64,000 nucleotides of DNA, taken from the NCBI GenBank assembly GCA_964016885.1, contig OZ024747.1, positions 55,366,001-55,430,000 of the forward strand, in the 5' to 3' direction. A model generated the notes under the pieces. That model did no database searches and was not told the origin of the DNA. It was given only the letters and a program-made list of their open reading frames with translations. Source of the DNA: Eledone cirrhosa (Eukaryota). Shown here in pieces: positions 12,966-28,577 of this stretch. A program made the position numbers and the translations under genes. How positions within the stretch are numbered: position 1 is the first letter of the stretch; every line of letters starts with the position of its first letter.

Positions 12966-13069
12966 TTCCCTCAGAAAAGATTGATGAGACTGACACATAG
13001 TTACTTCTCTTAATCTAAATTTTATTCTTTCAAATTCTATTCAACTTTTCTATTTTTCGTCCCTATCTC

Positions 13070-13418
13070 TAACATATTGGAACATCAGCGGCCCGTCTAA
13101 GGAAGGTCCCCCGCGAGGTGGGGTGGCTGTTGCAGCGGCTGTCGCTAGCCATTGTCCACGGAAATGCTTTTGAGGTATTGTTTGCGGGGCGCAGCCCCTT
13201 TACAGCCGCACCATAGACCCAGGCCCACTTCATCCTCCCCCACCCTTCCCCATTCTTTTGTGATACTAGGGACGCTGCCAGTCCCACCCTTTTCCGTTTC
13301 TTTCTCTTTTTTCTTTATAGTTTCCTATTTTAAATTTCATTCTTTCTTCTCAATCTAAACCTTATGTTTTTCTTTTTCTATTGAACTGTATTTACATGAT
13401 ATATTCCATAAATAAATT
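13070..13418 (+). mobile_element. 3' end of an RLE-type (CRE-like) non-LTR retrotransposon
   Basis: Frame reads IGTSAARLRKVPREVGWLLQRLSLAIVHGNAFEVLF..., stop at 13214-13216, resembling the terminal QR.S.AIQRGNA motif of CRE-clade elements; followed by a T-rich UTR and AATAAA. Confidence 0.65.
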
Positions 13419-13539
13419 ATGGTTTATATATGGAGTTAAGAAGACACCCGTCGACGTAGTCTCTTGAAATATTAACTCTTAACATCATGTAATGTTATAG
13501 CAGAAAGATATCAATAATATATAGGCAATGAACTGCTAG

Positions 13540-13675
13540 AGTCGTTCGAACATCAGATAAAATCCTTTGCAGTATTCGTTCCAGGTCTGAGTTCAAACCC
13601 CAAACCGACGAGGTCAACCCTGACTTTCATCCTTTCCAGGTCAATAAAAACGTACCAGTCCAGTTTTGGGATCGA
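13540..13675 (+). mobile_element. Diverged SINE copy
   Basis: gagttcaaacc..gaggtcaaccctgactttcatcctttccaggtcaataaaa..gtaccagt. Confidence 0.65.
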
Positions 13676-13705
13676 TTAATCTTCTATATCACTTTCACAC
13701 ACACA

Positions 13706-13796
<91 letters not shown>

Positions 13797-14130
13797 TCTC
13801 TCGAAGGAAGGAATCGGCTGTGTTCAGACCTGGAGAAGGAAATTGGCTTCATTAGGTTCCAGTAACGACGATACGCCGCATGGTCTGACGCCTCCTCCTC
13901 CACTAATTTAACATAGAAAGAAAAAGAGAAAAAACATATGAGATAATATAGACTTTGAAATATAAAAGACAAGATGGTGAAGGCTGGAATGCCTAAGACG
14001 ATACGTCCACAGGATCAGGTTTAAGCTACAACAAACCTCTCTATACACCTCATTAAATAGATCAATTCTATTATCTAATTGCTACATATTTACCAATCAA
14101 TATCTACATTAGGCATCTATTAGCCCATCT

Positions 14131-16350
14131 ATATCCCTCCAAACTAATCTGTCCAGATATCTACCTATACTATATCCCTCCAAACTAATCTGTCCAGATA
14201 TCTACCTATACTATATCCCTCCAATCAAATCTGTCCAGATATCTACCTATACTATATCCCTCCAATCAAATCTGTCCAGATATCTACCTATACTATATCC
14301 CTCCAAACTAATCTGTCCAGATATCTACCTATACTATATCCCTCCAAACTAATCTGTCCAGATATCTACCTATACTATATCCCTCCAAACTAATCTGTCC
14401 AGATATCTACCTATACTATATCCCTCCAAACTAATCTGTCCAGATATCTACCTATACTATATCCCTCCAAACTAATCTGTCCAGATATCTACCTATACTA
14501 TATCCCTCCAATCTAATCTATCCAGATATCTACCTATACTATATCCCTCCAAACTAATCTGTCCAGATATCTACCTATACTATATCCCTCCAAACTAATC
14601 TGTTCAGATATCTACCTATACTATATCTCTCCAAAATAATCTGTCCAGATATCTACCTATTCTATATCCCTCCAAACTAATCTGTCCAGATATCTACCTA
14701 TACTATATCCCTCCAAACTAATCTGTCCAGGTATCTACCTATACTATATCCCTCCAAACTAATCTGTCCAGATATCTACCTATACTATATCCCTCCAAAC
14801 TAATCTGTCCAGGTATCTACCTATTATATATCCCTCCAAACTAATCTGTCCAGATATCTACCTATACTATATCCCTCCAAACTAATCTGTCCAGATATCT
14901 ACCTATACTATATCCCCCCAATGTAATCTATCCAGATATCTACCTATACTATATCCCTCCAAACTAATCTGTCCAGATATCTACCTATACTATATCCCTC
15001 CAAACTAATCTATCCAGATATCTACCTATACTATATCCATCCAATGTAATCTATCAGGGATATCTACCTATACTATATCCCCCAATGTAATCTATCCAGA
15101 TATCTACCTATACTATATCCCCCCAATGTATTCTATCCAGATATCTACCTATACTATATCCCCCCAATGTAATCTATCCAGATATCTACCTATACTATAT
15201 CCCTCCAATGTAATCTATCAGGGATATCTACCTATACTATATCCCTCCAAACTAATCTGTCAAGATATCTACCTATACTATATCCCTCCAAACTAATCTA
15301 TCCAGATATCTACCTATACTATATCTCTCCAAACTAATCTGTCCAGATATCTACCTATACTATATCCCTCCAATCAAATCTGTCCAGATATCTACCTATA
15401 CTATATCCCTCCAAACTAATCTGTCCAGATATCTACCTATACTATATCTCTCCAAACTAATCTGTCCAGATATCTACCTATACTATATCCCTCCAATCAA
15501 ATCTGTCCAGATATCTACCTATACTATATCCCTCCAATGTGATCTATCCAGATATCTACCTATACTATATCCCTCCAATCAAATCTGTCCAGATATCTAC
15601 CTATACTATATCTCTCCAAACTAATCTGTCCAGATATCTACCTATACTATATCCCTCCAATCAAATCTGTCCAGATATCTACCTATACTATATCTCTCCT
15701 AACTAATCTGTCCAGATATCTACCTATACTATATCCCTCCAATCAAATCTGTCCAGATATCTACCTATACTATATCCCTCCAAACTAATCTGTCCAGATA
15801 TCTACCTATACTATATCCCTCCAAACTAATCTGTCCAGATATCTACCTATACTATATCCCTCCAAACTAATCTGTCAGGGATATCTACCTATACTATATC
15901 CCTCCAAACTAATCTGTCCAGATATCTACCTATACTATATCCATCCAATGTAATCTATCAGGGATATCTACCTATACTATATCCCCCCAATGTAATCTAT
16001 CCAGATATCTACCTATACTATATCCCTCCAATGTAATCTATCCAGATATCTACCTATACTATATCCCTCCAAACTAATCTGTCCAGATATCTACCTATAC
16101 TATATCCATCCAATGTAATCTATCAGGGATATCTACCTATACTATATCCCTCCAATGTAATCTATCCAGATATCTACCTATACTATATCCCTCCAATGTA
16201 ATCTATCCAGATATCTACCTATACTATATCCCCCCAATGTAATCTATCCAGATATCTACTTATACTATATCCATCCAATGTAATCTATCCAGATATCTAC
16301 CTATACTATATCCCTCCAATGTAATCTATCCAGATATCTACCTATACTCT
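14131..16350. repeat. 41-bp minisatellite, about 54 copies, degenerate edge to about 16530
   Basis: Unit atatccctccaaactaatctgtccagatatctacctatact with variants (aatcaaat, aatgtaat, tcaggga). Confidence 0.97.
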
Positions 16351-16703
16351 ATATAGATCCAAACTAATCTATTCAGATATCTACCCACCCTATATACACC
16401 CGAGCAATGTAATCTATCAGGGTATCTACTCCATCTATACACCCCACTAGCGTAATCTACTTGATAGAGCTACATACTCTATATACCACACCAATGTATT
16501 CTATCAGGATACCATCCGACTCTATCTATTTAATGAGGTTTTAAAATGATGTTTTAATTACAGCTTTCATAATCGGGCAAAAACCCAGAAAAATTGCGTA
16601 TCTCCGAATAACGATTTGTGAAGTTTCATATTCAAACCATAACGCGCACGCACACACACATACACACACACACACATATATACACACACACATATATATA
16701 TAT

Positions 16704-18350
16704 AAGTAGAAGGGATATTTAATTTGTTGAAAAATACAACAAATAAATATAAATGTTTATAACTGATTAAGAGCACTCGACAGCTTTCGGGAGTAAATAT
16801 TCAATGATAAATATTCAATGTTAAATAAATGGAAACTATATTTATAAAACCATATTTATTCAATTATATATATTTTGAAGGGTACCAACATTTTGGTACG
16901 CTATCATCAGATAAAATACAAAATGTTTTATAAATATTTGACATGACCAAGGATAATATACTTTAACGGTTCAAGTTATCCCTAGAAAGTGAAGGGAACA
17001 GAGAAAACAGATATTTAAAATTATTAATATGAGTATGCAAATGAGGTTTATATTAAAGGACTGAAAAAACATTATTTTAGACGCTATGGAAAATTTGAAT
17101 AATAAATATGTTTTAAGTTACTGTATGGGTAGGAAGGAAGAGAAAGAGAAAGGAATAACGTTAATTTGGGGGAAACGATTTTGTTACCTATATTATGAGT
17201 TATAATATTGTATATATAATCAATTAGATTATATGAACAATTATGGTTGTAAGAAGTTTTATCTTATTACATTAGGATAGGTTATATGTATATAAATGTC
17301 TAAATATATGTTGATAAGTTGCGTATGTATTGATTGTTTATATATCAAATATGAGTTACGAAGGATGTTGAAATTTTATTTTCAAGTTGTGAGATTAGAA
17401 TTATTTGTGGGTTCACAAATTTTTTTGTTCAACATTGAGAATGTTTTCAGAATATTGTTAATTTAACGAAGCTATATAAATTATCAAACAAAAAATCGTT
17501 AAAGAAGAAGGAAGATAAGAAGAAGGAAAAGGAAGACCACTTAAACGTTATTTGGGGGAAATATATTCAGACATTTGTCTATATTTATATGGAGAATTAT
17601 TTATCTTATTATAATAATATATAAATATCTATATATATTTTAATAATAGCATATGTATTTTTTATTAAACGGATAGTTTGTTTATAATATGAGTTACGAG
17701 GGATGTTGATTTATAAATAAATAAATAAATAGGTAGTTCAAGTTATAGGTGGTTGTTCATAATATAAGTTACTAGGGATGTTGATTTTGTATTTTATGTA
17801 AATAAATAGGTAGTTAAAATTGATAAGGTTTTAAATTAAATTAACGGAGTTATGTATAAACAGTTTTTATGATTAAAAAAAGGAAAGATAACTCCGATTT
17901 TTTTGTTAATCGCTAGTGTGGGATTAATTATTTAGTCTAAAGAAATATGAATATTTAAACATCATCTTGAATAGGATACATTTTACTAAAAACAGTTGAC
18001 GATTATTAATCTACATTTAAAAATTAGCTTTAGAGGGTGTCATTAGAAAAATAAAGTATTAAGAAAAAAGAATTAGAAAATTAAAAAATTAAAATTAAAA
18101 TTGAAATTAAAATTAAAATTAAAAATATATGGAAGTACATAATATCGAAATACATAAATATATATAAATATCTATACACATACACACGTACATATATATT
18201 ATAAGAAATTTTAGAGATATTATGAATTAGAGATATTACTATATTAAAAGTATTAAAATATAAAATGTTAGAGCAGATAGTATCATTTTGGAGATTAATA
18301 GGAATATTATAAATATATTATAAGTTACATATAGTTCTGAATGTAGAATT
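16704..18350 (-). mobile_element. Decayed PLE 3' region/pseudo-LTR related to the 3632-3886 family
   Basis: Reverse complement ttttatctgatgatagcgtacc..ggtacccttcaaaatatatata and tactcccgaaagctgtcgagtgctcttaatc align with 3680-3835; right boundary inferred from the start of (GT)n. Confidence 0.55.
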
Positions 18351-20487
<2,137 letters not shown>

Positions 20488-21716
20488 GCGTTTATTGCCA
20501 TTAATTTTCTCTATAGTTCAAATATTTTGTGATCAAACTTTAAACCTGCCGTTCCCATAGTAACTGATCCTTTTCCCAATTTACATTTTCATACTCAACA
20601 CACTTGGATTGTGTCCATCTCATTAATTAAATCATGTTGCAACTTTTGATTTGACCGTTGCTATCATCCTCATGGGATAACTGAGTTGTGGGTGGTGAGG
20701 TGTATTTTAATTGTAGAGGTATTGTTGTTGGAGTGATCGTGTTGGTCGAAGAGTTTGGATTAATATTAGTGATGTTGGAGTCGTTTGTTCTTCATAGTGT
20801 TGCTAATGTTGTTAGTGGTGTTGGTGTTGGTGTTTTCATTGTTGTTGTTGTTGTTGATGATGATGTTGTTGTTGATGTCGGTAATAGAGTTTCAGTGTGT
20901 GTTGTTGGTAATGGAGTTGGTGTTCTTTTTGTTGCTGATGTTATTGTTGCTAATGTTGGTGGAGGAGTTGTTGCTATTCTTATTGCTATTGTCATTTCTG
21001 TTGTTAATGTTGTTATTTTTGTTAGTGGTAATGTTGTCGGTAGTGATGATGCTAATATCCCTGTTGTTTCTGGTGTGGTTACTGATTTCCAATGCGGCAA
21101 TGGAGTAGCAATAGTGAAGCTGAAATAGTTTAATATGTTGTATTCAAGTTGCTTATAACAACATTTTTCATTCAATTGTGTGGTCCCAATTCAGCCATGA
21201 TGAAGCAAACATATGATCAAATGTATTCCAGCAGTGACCATCTCGTCTTTTTCTAAATGCAAGGAAAGCCAGATCCAGTGATTATGTTATTGTCATCATG
21301 ATGACACTCAAGCTGGCAACTCAATATGTCCTGGTGCATGACACTTCATTTTCAGTTTCTCCAATCAACTCAGCTAAAAATGAGTTCCAACAACAAGAGC
21401 TGGGGAGTAACATTGTGAGGGCCGGGGACCCAACAATAACAACATGATGGGACTCCGGCATTGTAAGCCTCTAGGCTGCTAAAAAAGATATAAGCAACGG
21501 TCCCCTGAAGCTCAAGACTGATATAAAACAGAAATAATCTCTTGCTGCATACATTTCTAGGCAGCTAAAAAATAATTATAAAGTCCTGACTTTCATGTTT
21601 CTTAAATCGAAAGGAAAGTGTTCTGGTTCAATAGGCTGTTGGGTAACTAAGGGACATACAGACACAAATACATAAGTACATAAATATATACATACATACA
21701 TTCATACATATATATA

Positions 21717-22015
21717 TGATGATGGCTGCCCCTCGTTATTAATTATGGCCATTATTAATAATTATTTATTAATTCTATCGTGCAATGCCTGCGCGTGAAG
21801 ATTTTTTTAAAAGTGAGGACAGACTGTGCACTGAGCCAATCCCACTCTCTGAGCTACAGTAGCTATAACCCGAAAAGAAGAAAATATCAACATCATCGGT
21901 AACTAGTGAGCCGCAGGTTTTATATTGGAGTTATCCCAGTTTCCTGAGTTGCCTTCTCCTAGAAGAATGCCCTGACAAAGGCCAGGGGTCCTTCACTCCC
22001 AGTGGTTTAACCGAG
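21717..22015 (-). mobile_element. RTE-related short non-autonomous element fragment
   Basis: ttctcctagaagaatgccctgacaaaggccagggg resembles 54409-54445; left end gatgatggctgcccctcg resembles an RTE-type 3' terminus. Confidence 0.5.
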
Positions 22016-23057
22016 CGGTATATGTCTATATACATATGTACATACACACATAAACGTACATACATATATACATACATACATGCATACATACATATATATA
22101 CATACACATATAATCATATATAGGTATCGGTTAACAATAGAGGCACAAAAGAAAGGGAGACAGGAAAAGACAATATGTGACAAGAGTAAACAAAGTTAGA
22201 TAAGATCCAAGCAATAATTGATACAGGAGATAAAGGTATCGAGAGGGAGAGATAGAGAGACAGACAGAGACACGGAGAGAGATGGAGAGATAGAGATAGA
22301 GAGAGTGGGAGGGTGGGGGGAGATAGACAGAGAGGGAAGGGAAAGGGGACATACAGAGAGTGAGAGAGAGACAGAAAGAGAGAGGGATAGACGTAGTTTG
22401 GGGCAGAGAAAAATCTAGAGATATAGAGTGAGAGAGAGAGAGAGGGGGAGAGAGAAATCTAGAGATATAGAGTGAGAGAGAGACATACAGAGGGGAGGGG
22501 TGGAGGAGAAATATAGAGATATAGAGTGAGAGCTAGAGAGAGAAGAAGAGGCTCAGTGAGACATTGAGCCGAATCAGATTTAGTTTACAGGAAAGACTAG
22601 AGGCAAATACATCAGTTTACAGGAATGATGTGTTATTCTATAGAACTGGAAGACGTTAAAGTTTAATACTTCTAGATGGAGAGAAATAACGAAATGTTAT
22701 TGATAATTATGTGCGAATGATTAATATGAAAAATAAACTGAATATCTACAAACAGTGTTGAAAAACATTAGAATGATGTTTCTTATATTACCACAGAGAG
22801 ATTGCTGATAATACAAAATAAAAATAGAATAAAGTAACAGGCAAAATATATAATGAGTTTCTAAAATGCCCCACGGAGAAAACTGAACTAAAGAGGATAT
22901 GAGGTGGACTTGTAGATGTTATGTGACAAACGGAAGGAGAAAAAATAAATAATATAATAGTTTAAATAATGAAGAATGAAGTACGGTGGAAAAATGTTTG
23001 ATAAATAATAAATCAAACAAATACTAGTGCGTATACTTAAGTTGGTATAGTTATACA

Positions 23058-23125
<68 letters not shown>

Positions 23126-23169
23126 AATATATTTATATATATGGAGAGGGAACGAGAGAAAAGGAGAGA

Positions 23170-23207
<38 letters not shown>

Positions 23208-23329
23208 TATGAATATATAGGTGAATATATGTAAAACAAAAGCAAGGTAAATAACATCATTGTCCTCAACCAAAACGTCATTCATCCATCGACCATCTTT
23301 TCATATGTGTGTGTATGTATATATATATG

Positions 23330-23785
23330 GGAAATAGACGGAACAGCGACAGAAATTGCAACTGCCGCGACAGAGGACGGTGCCCCCTTAGAGGATACTG
23401 CTTGACCGATAGGGTTATATATAGATGCACTATTACTAGCCACAATAGCGTTAAATATTATATAGGGGCCACCTCCGGCCCGTTCAAAATTAGGTTTCGA
23501 ACACATCTCCACTCTTTCACAAATAGAAAACTAAGGCACTCCACCTCGCTCGCGGACTACATCACATCATTAAAGGACTTAAACATTAGCTTCTCCACGC
23601 ACTGGGAGATTGTCGACAGGGCTGCACCGTACAACTTCAAGAGGAAATGCGATCTTTGCCTCATGGAGCTCTACCACATCATAACTGCACCCCACGAGCT
23701 CATCAACAGCAGAGCTGAAACAGCGATAAGTTGTACACATCGCTTAAAAATATCCTTCTTTAGATGGGTTCAGAATGGGGAGTGA
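23330..23785 (+). pseudogene. GIY-YIG endonuclease C-terminal fragment of a PLE ORF
   Basis: CNCRDRGRCPLRGYC, VIYRC..YYIGAT..FKIRFRTH, WEIVDRA..YN..CDLCLME..INSRAE..CTH; clearly homologous to the C-terminus of ORF 170-2299. The ORF-track start lies in microsatellite. Confidence 0.9.
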
Positions 23786-24034
23786 AATAACACACTGGTT
23801 CTCCCTGCAACAAGTCTTAACACCCCGGAGGGCAGGCGCAGCAAAATAACACCCAGAAAACGATCCCTGCATACCAAAAATTATCCGGGAAAGACTGCCC
23901 TAACACCGGCCAAAGTTACCTCCCTTGACCTGCTGCAAAATCAAAACAAGATATTTTTGCGAACAATGAATCTTGATGTCGATTTAACCCCCAAATCTCT
24001 TTCCAAACTATATAAGGAACACTTGTGACTGTTT

Positions 24035-24077
24035 ATGCCCTTGAGAAGCCCAACTGGGCGAAACGTACGTAGGTGAT
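24035..24077 (+). ncRNA. Minimal type I hammerhead with U3:A8 core variant
   Basis: CC-TTGAGAA-GCCC aact GGGC-GAA-ACGTACGT-A-GG; palindromic stem III; short stem I. Confidence 0.65.
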
Positions 24078-24130
24078 ATTTTCAATAAACATGTTTTAAC
24101 GGTCTATTCTCCGATTTTTCACTTTCCCAC

Positions 24131-24182
<52 letters not shown>

Positions 24183-24188
<6 letters not shown>

Positions 24189-24800
24189 CAGGTCACCAGT
24201 TGGTGCTACTGGTAACATGTATCCCATTACAACCTGTCTCATGGTCGGCTCGTTGGCGACTAAACTGGCAACCCCACCAATGTTTCTTGGTGAGGAGGGT
24301 GACTTTGGACATCCTGCAGGACTAAAAACAAAACCTGTCAAAGGGCAAAGGAGCTCTTAAGAGTCAATGGCCATCCAAAATCACCGGGAGAGATGACCCT
24401 TTAGCCTTTGTCAAGGCAGAATTCTAGGAGAAAGAAAACTCTGATATAACACCTGCAACCTTGATGGTATCCAATGATGTTGACTTGTTCTTTTTGGTAA
24501 ATATCATCTTGATTAAGAGAGTGGGACTGGCTTTGTGCAGTGCCTTTGCTCACTATAAAAGCTTCACAGCACAGGCATTGCTTTATATCTGGAGATCTCT
24601 CTGCACTTGTCGTCACATGGTACCATGGGCCCAGCACAATGTGTCAATAATTGTCACAAGTGTAGTGTTTGTACCAGAGTTGTCAAGTCGCTGGCTGGAC
24701 TAAAAAGTCAAACTCGTTCAGCGCATCGGTAGGAGTTCTCCTACATGGATATAAAGTAGTGGCCGTACTCGAAAACGAGTTGGCAGCCACCATGTATGTT
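24183..24800 (+). mobile_element. Bipartite RTE-derived non-autonomous element (5' UTR joined to 3' end with (TGTA)n tail)
   Basis: 24215-24460 is homologous to the RTE leader at 59195-59453(-) and to 54409-54643(-); 24475-24795 matches 59541-59862(-) and encodes a relic C2H2 finger HKCSVCTRVVKSLAGLKSQTRSAHR*. Confidence 0.72.
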
Positions 24801-24848
24801 ATGTATGTATGTACCTATGTATGGATGGCTGGATGGATGGGTATATAT

Positions 24849-24880
<32 letters not shown>

Positions 24881-24881
<1 letters not shown>

Positions 24882-24999
24882 GTAATAATAATAAATTTCA
24901 AGACTAAAATCCAAAGAGGGCTCGATAAGGATAAATATATATCAAATATATAAGAACCGTAGCAGCGATTCTTTGCTTAAACTTTAATCTGTTATTTTA

Positions 25000-25007
<8 letters not shown>
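24881..25007. mobile_element. Short inverted + direct fragment of the 1-3388 PLE pseudo-LTR
   Basis: 24881-24959 is the reverse complement of about 49-127; 24961-25007 is agcagcg plus window positions 1-40; flanked by (TA)n. Confidence 0.88.
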
Positions 25008-25039
<32 letters not shown>

Positions 25040-25048
25040 GTGTGTGTG

Positions 25049-25087
<39 letters not shown>

Positions 25088-25430
25088 CTGTTTGCGTGTG
25101 TTTCTGTTTTATACCTACTAAATACAGAGAAAAAAACAAGAATGAAAGACAAATAATGGAACACCTACAGAAGAAAACATCGTAATACATCATTTACAAG
25201 AACAACAAAAGTAAAGCGCTGTAAAGCTATGGAACAATCTAGTGTTTGGATTAAGGTGAACATATTAGTCAATAGTGGCCGATTCCATAGGATCAGCAAG
25301 ACTACGAAGCAGAAGAATTAGAAGAATTGGTACACTGCCAAACTCCAGTCATACCTGAATATCACAATCCAGCTTTACTAAATATTATAAGAAACTAGAA
25401 GTTTATCATACCCAAACAGCCACCATACAT

Positions 25431-25479
<49 letters not shown>

Positions 25480-25605
25480 ATATATATTTATATATATATA
25501 TATGTGTGTGTGTGTGTATGTATGTATATATATATATATATATATATATCCATATATATATATATATATATATATATCCATATATATATATATATATATA
25601 TATAT

Positions 25606-25649
<44 letters not shown>

Positions 25650-25663
25650 TATATATATCCATA

Positions 25664-25696
<33 letters not shown>

Positions 25697-25701
25697 CCAT
25701 A

Positions 25702-25744
<43 letters not shown>

Positions 25745-25804
25745 ATATATATGTATATATATATATATATATCCATATATATGTATATATGTATATATGT
25801 ATAT

Positions 25805-25844
<40 letters not shown>

Positions 25845-25854
25845 CCATATATAC

Positions 25855-25906
<52 letters not shown>

Positions 25907-26083
25907 ATATATATATATATGTATATATGTATATATATATATATATAAATATATATATCCATATATATATATATATATCCATATATATATATATCCATAT
26001 ATATATATATCCATATATATATATATATATATATATCCATATATATATATATCCATATATATATATATATATATATATATCCA

Positions 26084-26114
<31 letters not shown>

Positions 26115-26148
26115 CCATATATATATATCCATATATATATATATATAT
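25431..26148. repeat. Interrupted (TA)n/(TG)n microsatellite
   Basis: Seen directly. Confidence 0.95.
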
Positions 26149-27094
26149 AGCTATATGTCATGGCGATATAGTCTTAATATACAAAATGTAAAGAACACAG
26201 TGGTTTATCTCTTACTAAAGCAGGTGATTGGGAAGCTTCTGGATTAAACCATATTGCTGCAAAGTTGTTGATTTTTTTTTGGTTTTATTCTTTCTCGTTG
26301 TTTTTTTACGTCATTCACTTTCTTTACCAGGCTTTTCTTCTTCGTAGTCATCATCATCATCGACAACCTCCACATCACTCCGCCCTTATTTCCACATTCT
26401 CCTTCACCTTATTATCATCAGTATGATCATCATCATCTACAACATCCACCCCACTAAACTCACATTTCCTCGTTCTCCTTCTTCTTCTCACCACATCGCC
26501 ATCATCATCATAACGATCATCATCATAACGATCATCATCATCTACAACATCCACGCCACTAAGCTCACATTTTCTCTTTCTCTTTCTCCTTCTCCTCACC
26601 ACATCGCCATCATCATCATAACGATCATCATCATCTACAACATCCATCCCACTAAGCTCACAATTCCTCTTTCTCCTTCTCCTTCTCATCATCATCGTCA
26701 TCATTATCATTACAATAATCACCATCTGCAACATCCACCCCACTCTATCCTCATTCCCTTTCTCTTCATCTCCTCCACATCACCATCGTCATCATCATCA
26801 TTATGATCACTATCATCTACATACCCACCCACCCCTCATCCTTCTCATCATCATTATCATTATCATCATCATCTTCATCATCTCCAGTAGCGGTTGTTAC
26901 AGCCGTCATGGTGATTAGGATCTTAACCAGGATCATTGCTTTCACTATGGACATTATAAACTACAACAATCACAACCGCATTAACCATTATCACATCCAT
27001 AACATCACCATCCTCGTGATCATTACCATCAACACTTCTACCATTAACAGTACCGTCATCATCATCATTATCATCATCATCCTCACTACTATGA

Positions 27095-27970
27095 GTGGTA
27101 CCAACAACACCATCAATGCCATCAACAGTACCACCAACACCATCAATGTCATCAACACCACCAACACCATCACTACCATCAACACCACCAACACCATCAC
27201 TGCCATCAACACCACCAACACCATCACTGCCACCAACGGTACAACCAACACCATCAATGTCATCAACACCACCAACACCATCACTACCATCAACAGTACC
27301 ATCAACACCATCACTACCATCAACACCAGAAACACCATCACTGCCATCAACAGTACCACCAACACCATCACTACAATCAACAGTACCACCAACACCATCA
27401 CTACCATCAACACCAGAAACACCATCACTGCCATCAACAGTACCACCAACACCATCACTACAATCAACACCAACAACACCATCACTACCATCAACAGTAC
27501 CAACACCACCAACACCATCACTACTATCAACACCACCAACACCATCACTACCATCAACAGTACCACCAACACCATCACTACCATCAACAGTACCACCAAC
27601 ACCATCACTACAATCAACACCACCAACACCATCACTACCATCAACAGTACCACCAACACCATCACTGCCATCAACACCACCAACACCATCACTACCATCA
27701 ACAGTACCACCAACACCATCACTGCCATCAACAGTACCACCAACACCATCACTGCCATCAACACCAACAACACCATCACTGCCATCAACACCAACAACAC
27801 CATCACTACCATCAACAGTACCACCAACACCATCACTGCCATCAACAGTACCACCAACACCATCACTGCCATCAACACCAACAACACCATCACTGCCATC
27901 AACACCAACAACACCATCACTACCATCAACAGTACCAACACCACCAACACCATCACTACCATCAACAGCA
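27095..27970. repeat. 27/30-bp minisatellite (accatcactaccatcaacagtaccaccaac)
   Basis: Tandem units, all multiples of 3, open in several frames on both strands. Confidence 0.92.
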
Positions 27971-28045
27971 TCACCATCACTATCACCACCATCAACAGTA
28001 TAATCATCATTATCATCATCATCACTGCAATTAAAGCTACCTGCA

Positions 28046-28370
28046 AGGATGAAAGGCAAAGTTAACCTCGGCGGGATTTGAACTCAGACCGTAAAGACAC
28101 GTAACTCAATGCCGCAAAGCATATTGTCATACGCTCTAGCGATACTGCTAATCCACCGCCTAAAGCTACCTACAATAGTTGTTTCTACTTTTGGCACAAG
28201 GCCAGCAATGAACCAGTACATTACTGGTACTTTATTTTATCGACCCCGTAAGGATGAAAGGCAAAGTTAACCTCGGCGGGATTTGAACTGAGAATGGCAA
28301 GGGCCGTAACTCTATGCGTCAAAGCATGGCGTCCGACCCTCTACCGATACTGCCAATCCCCCACGCCTCT
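28046..28370 (-). mobile_element. Two adjacent SINE copies
   Basis: aaggatgaaaggcaaagttaacctcggcgggatttgaact occurs at about 28046 and 28250. Confidence 0.85.
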
Positions 28371-28577
28371 ATCACTACCTATAATAATGAAAATTATTGT
28401 GTACAGTTCTCAGGTGCAACACAGCAAATGTGCGTGTATAGTACATAGAATAATGTACAAAATTCAGGAAAGTGGACAGTATTTGTGTCATCATATGCAC
28501 ACAAACACACACAAACTCACACACATACACACATACAAACACACAAACTCACACACACACACATGCGCACACGTGTG

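Larger units (their letters stand above)
23330..24131 (+). mobile_element. 5'-truncated PLE of a second Naiad-like family, between (TA)n tracts
   Basis: GIY-YIG coding fragment, 3' UTR, hammerhead motif, then (TA)n. Confidence 0.88.

Noticed and set aside
14131-16350. Regular array as possible CRISPR
   Set aside because: Head-to-tail 41-bp units with no unique spacers.
26803-28065. Mucin- or antifreeze-like Thr/Asn or Pro/Ser/Thr ORFs
   Set aside because: A 27/30-bp minisatellite open in four frames on both strands, with no unique flanking domain or splice evidence.
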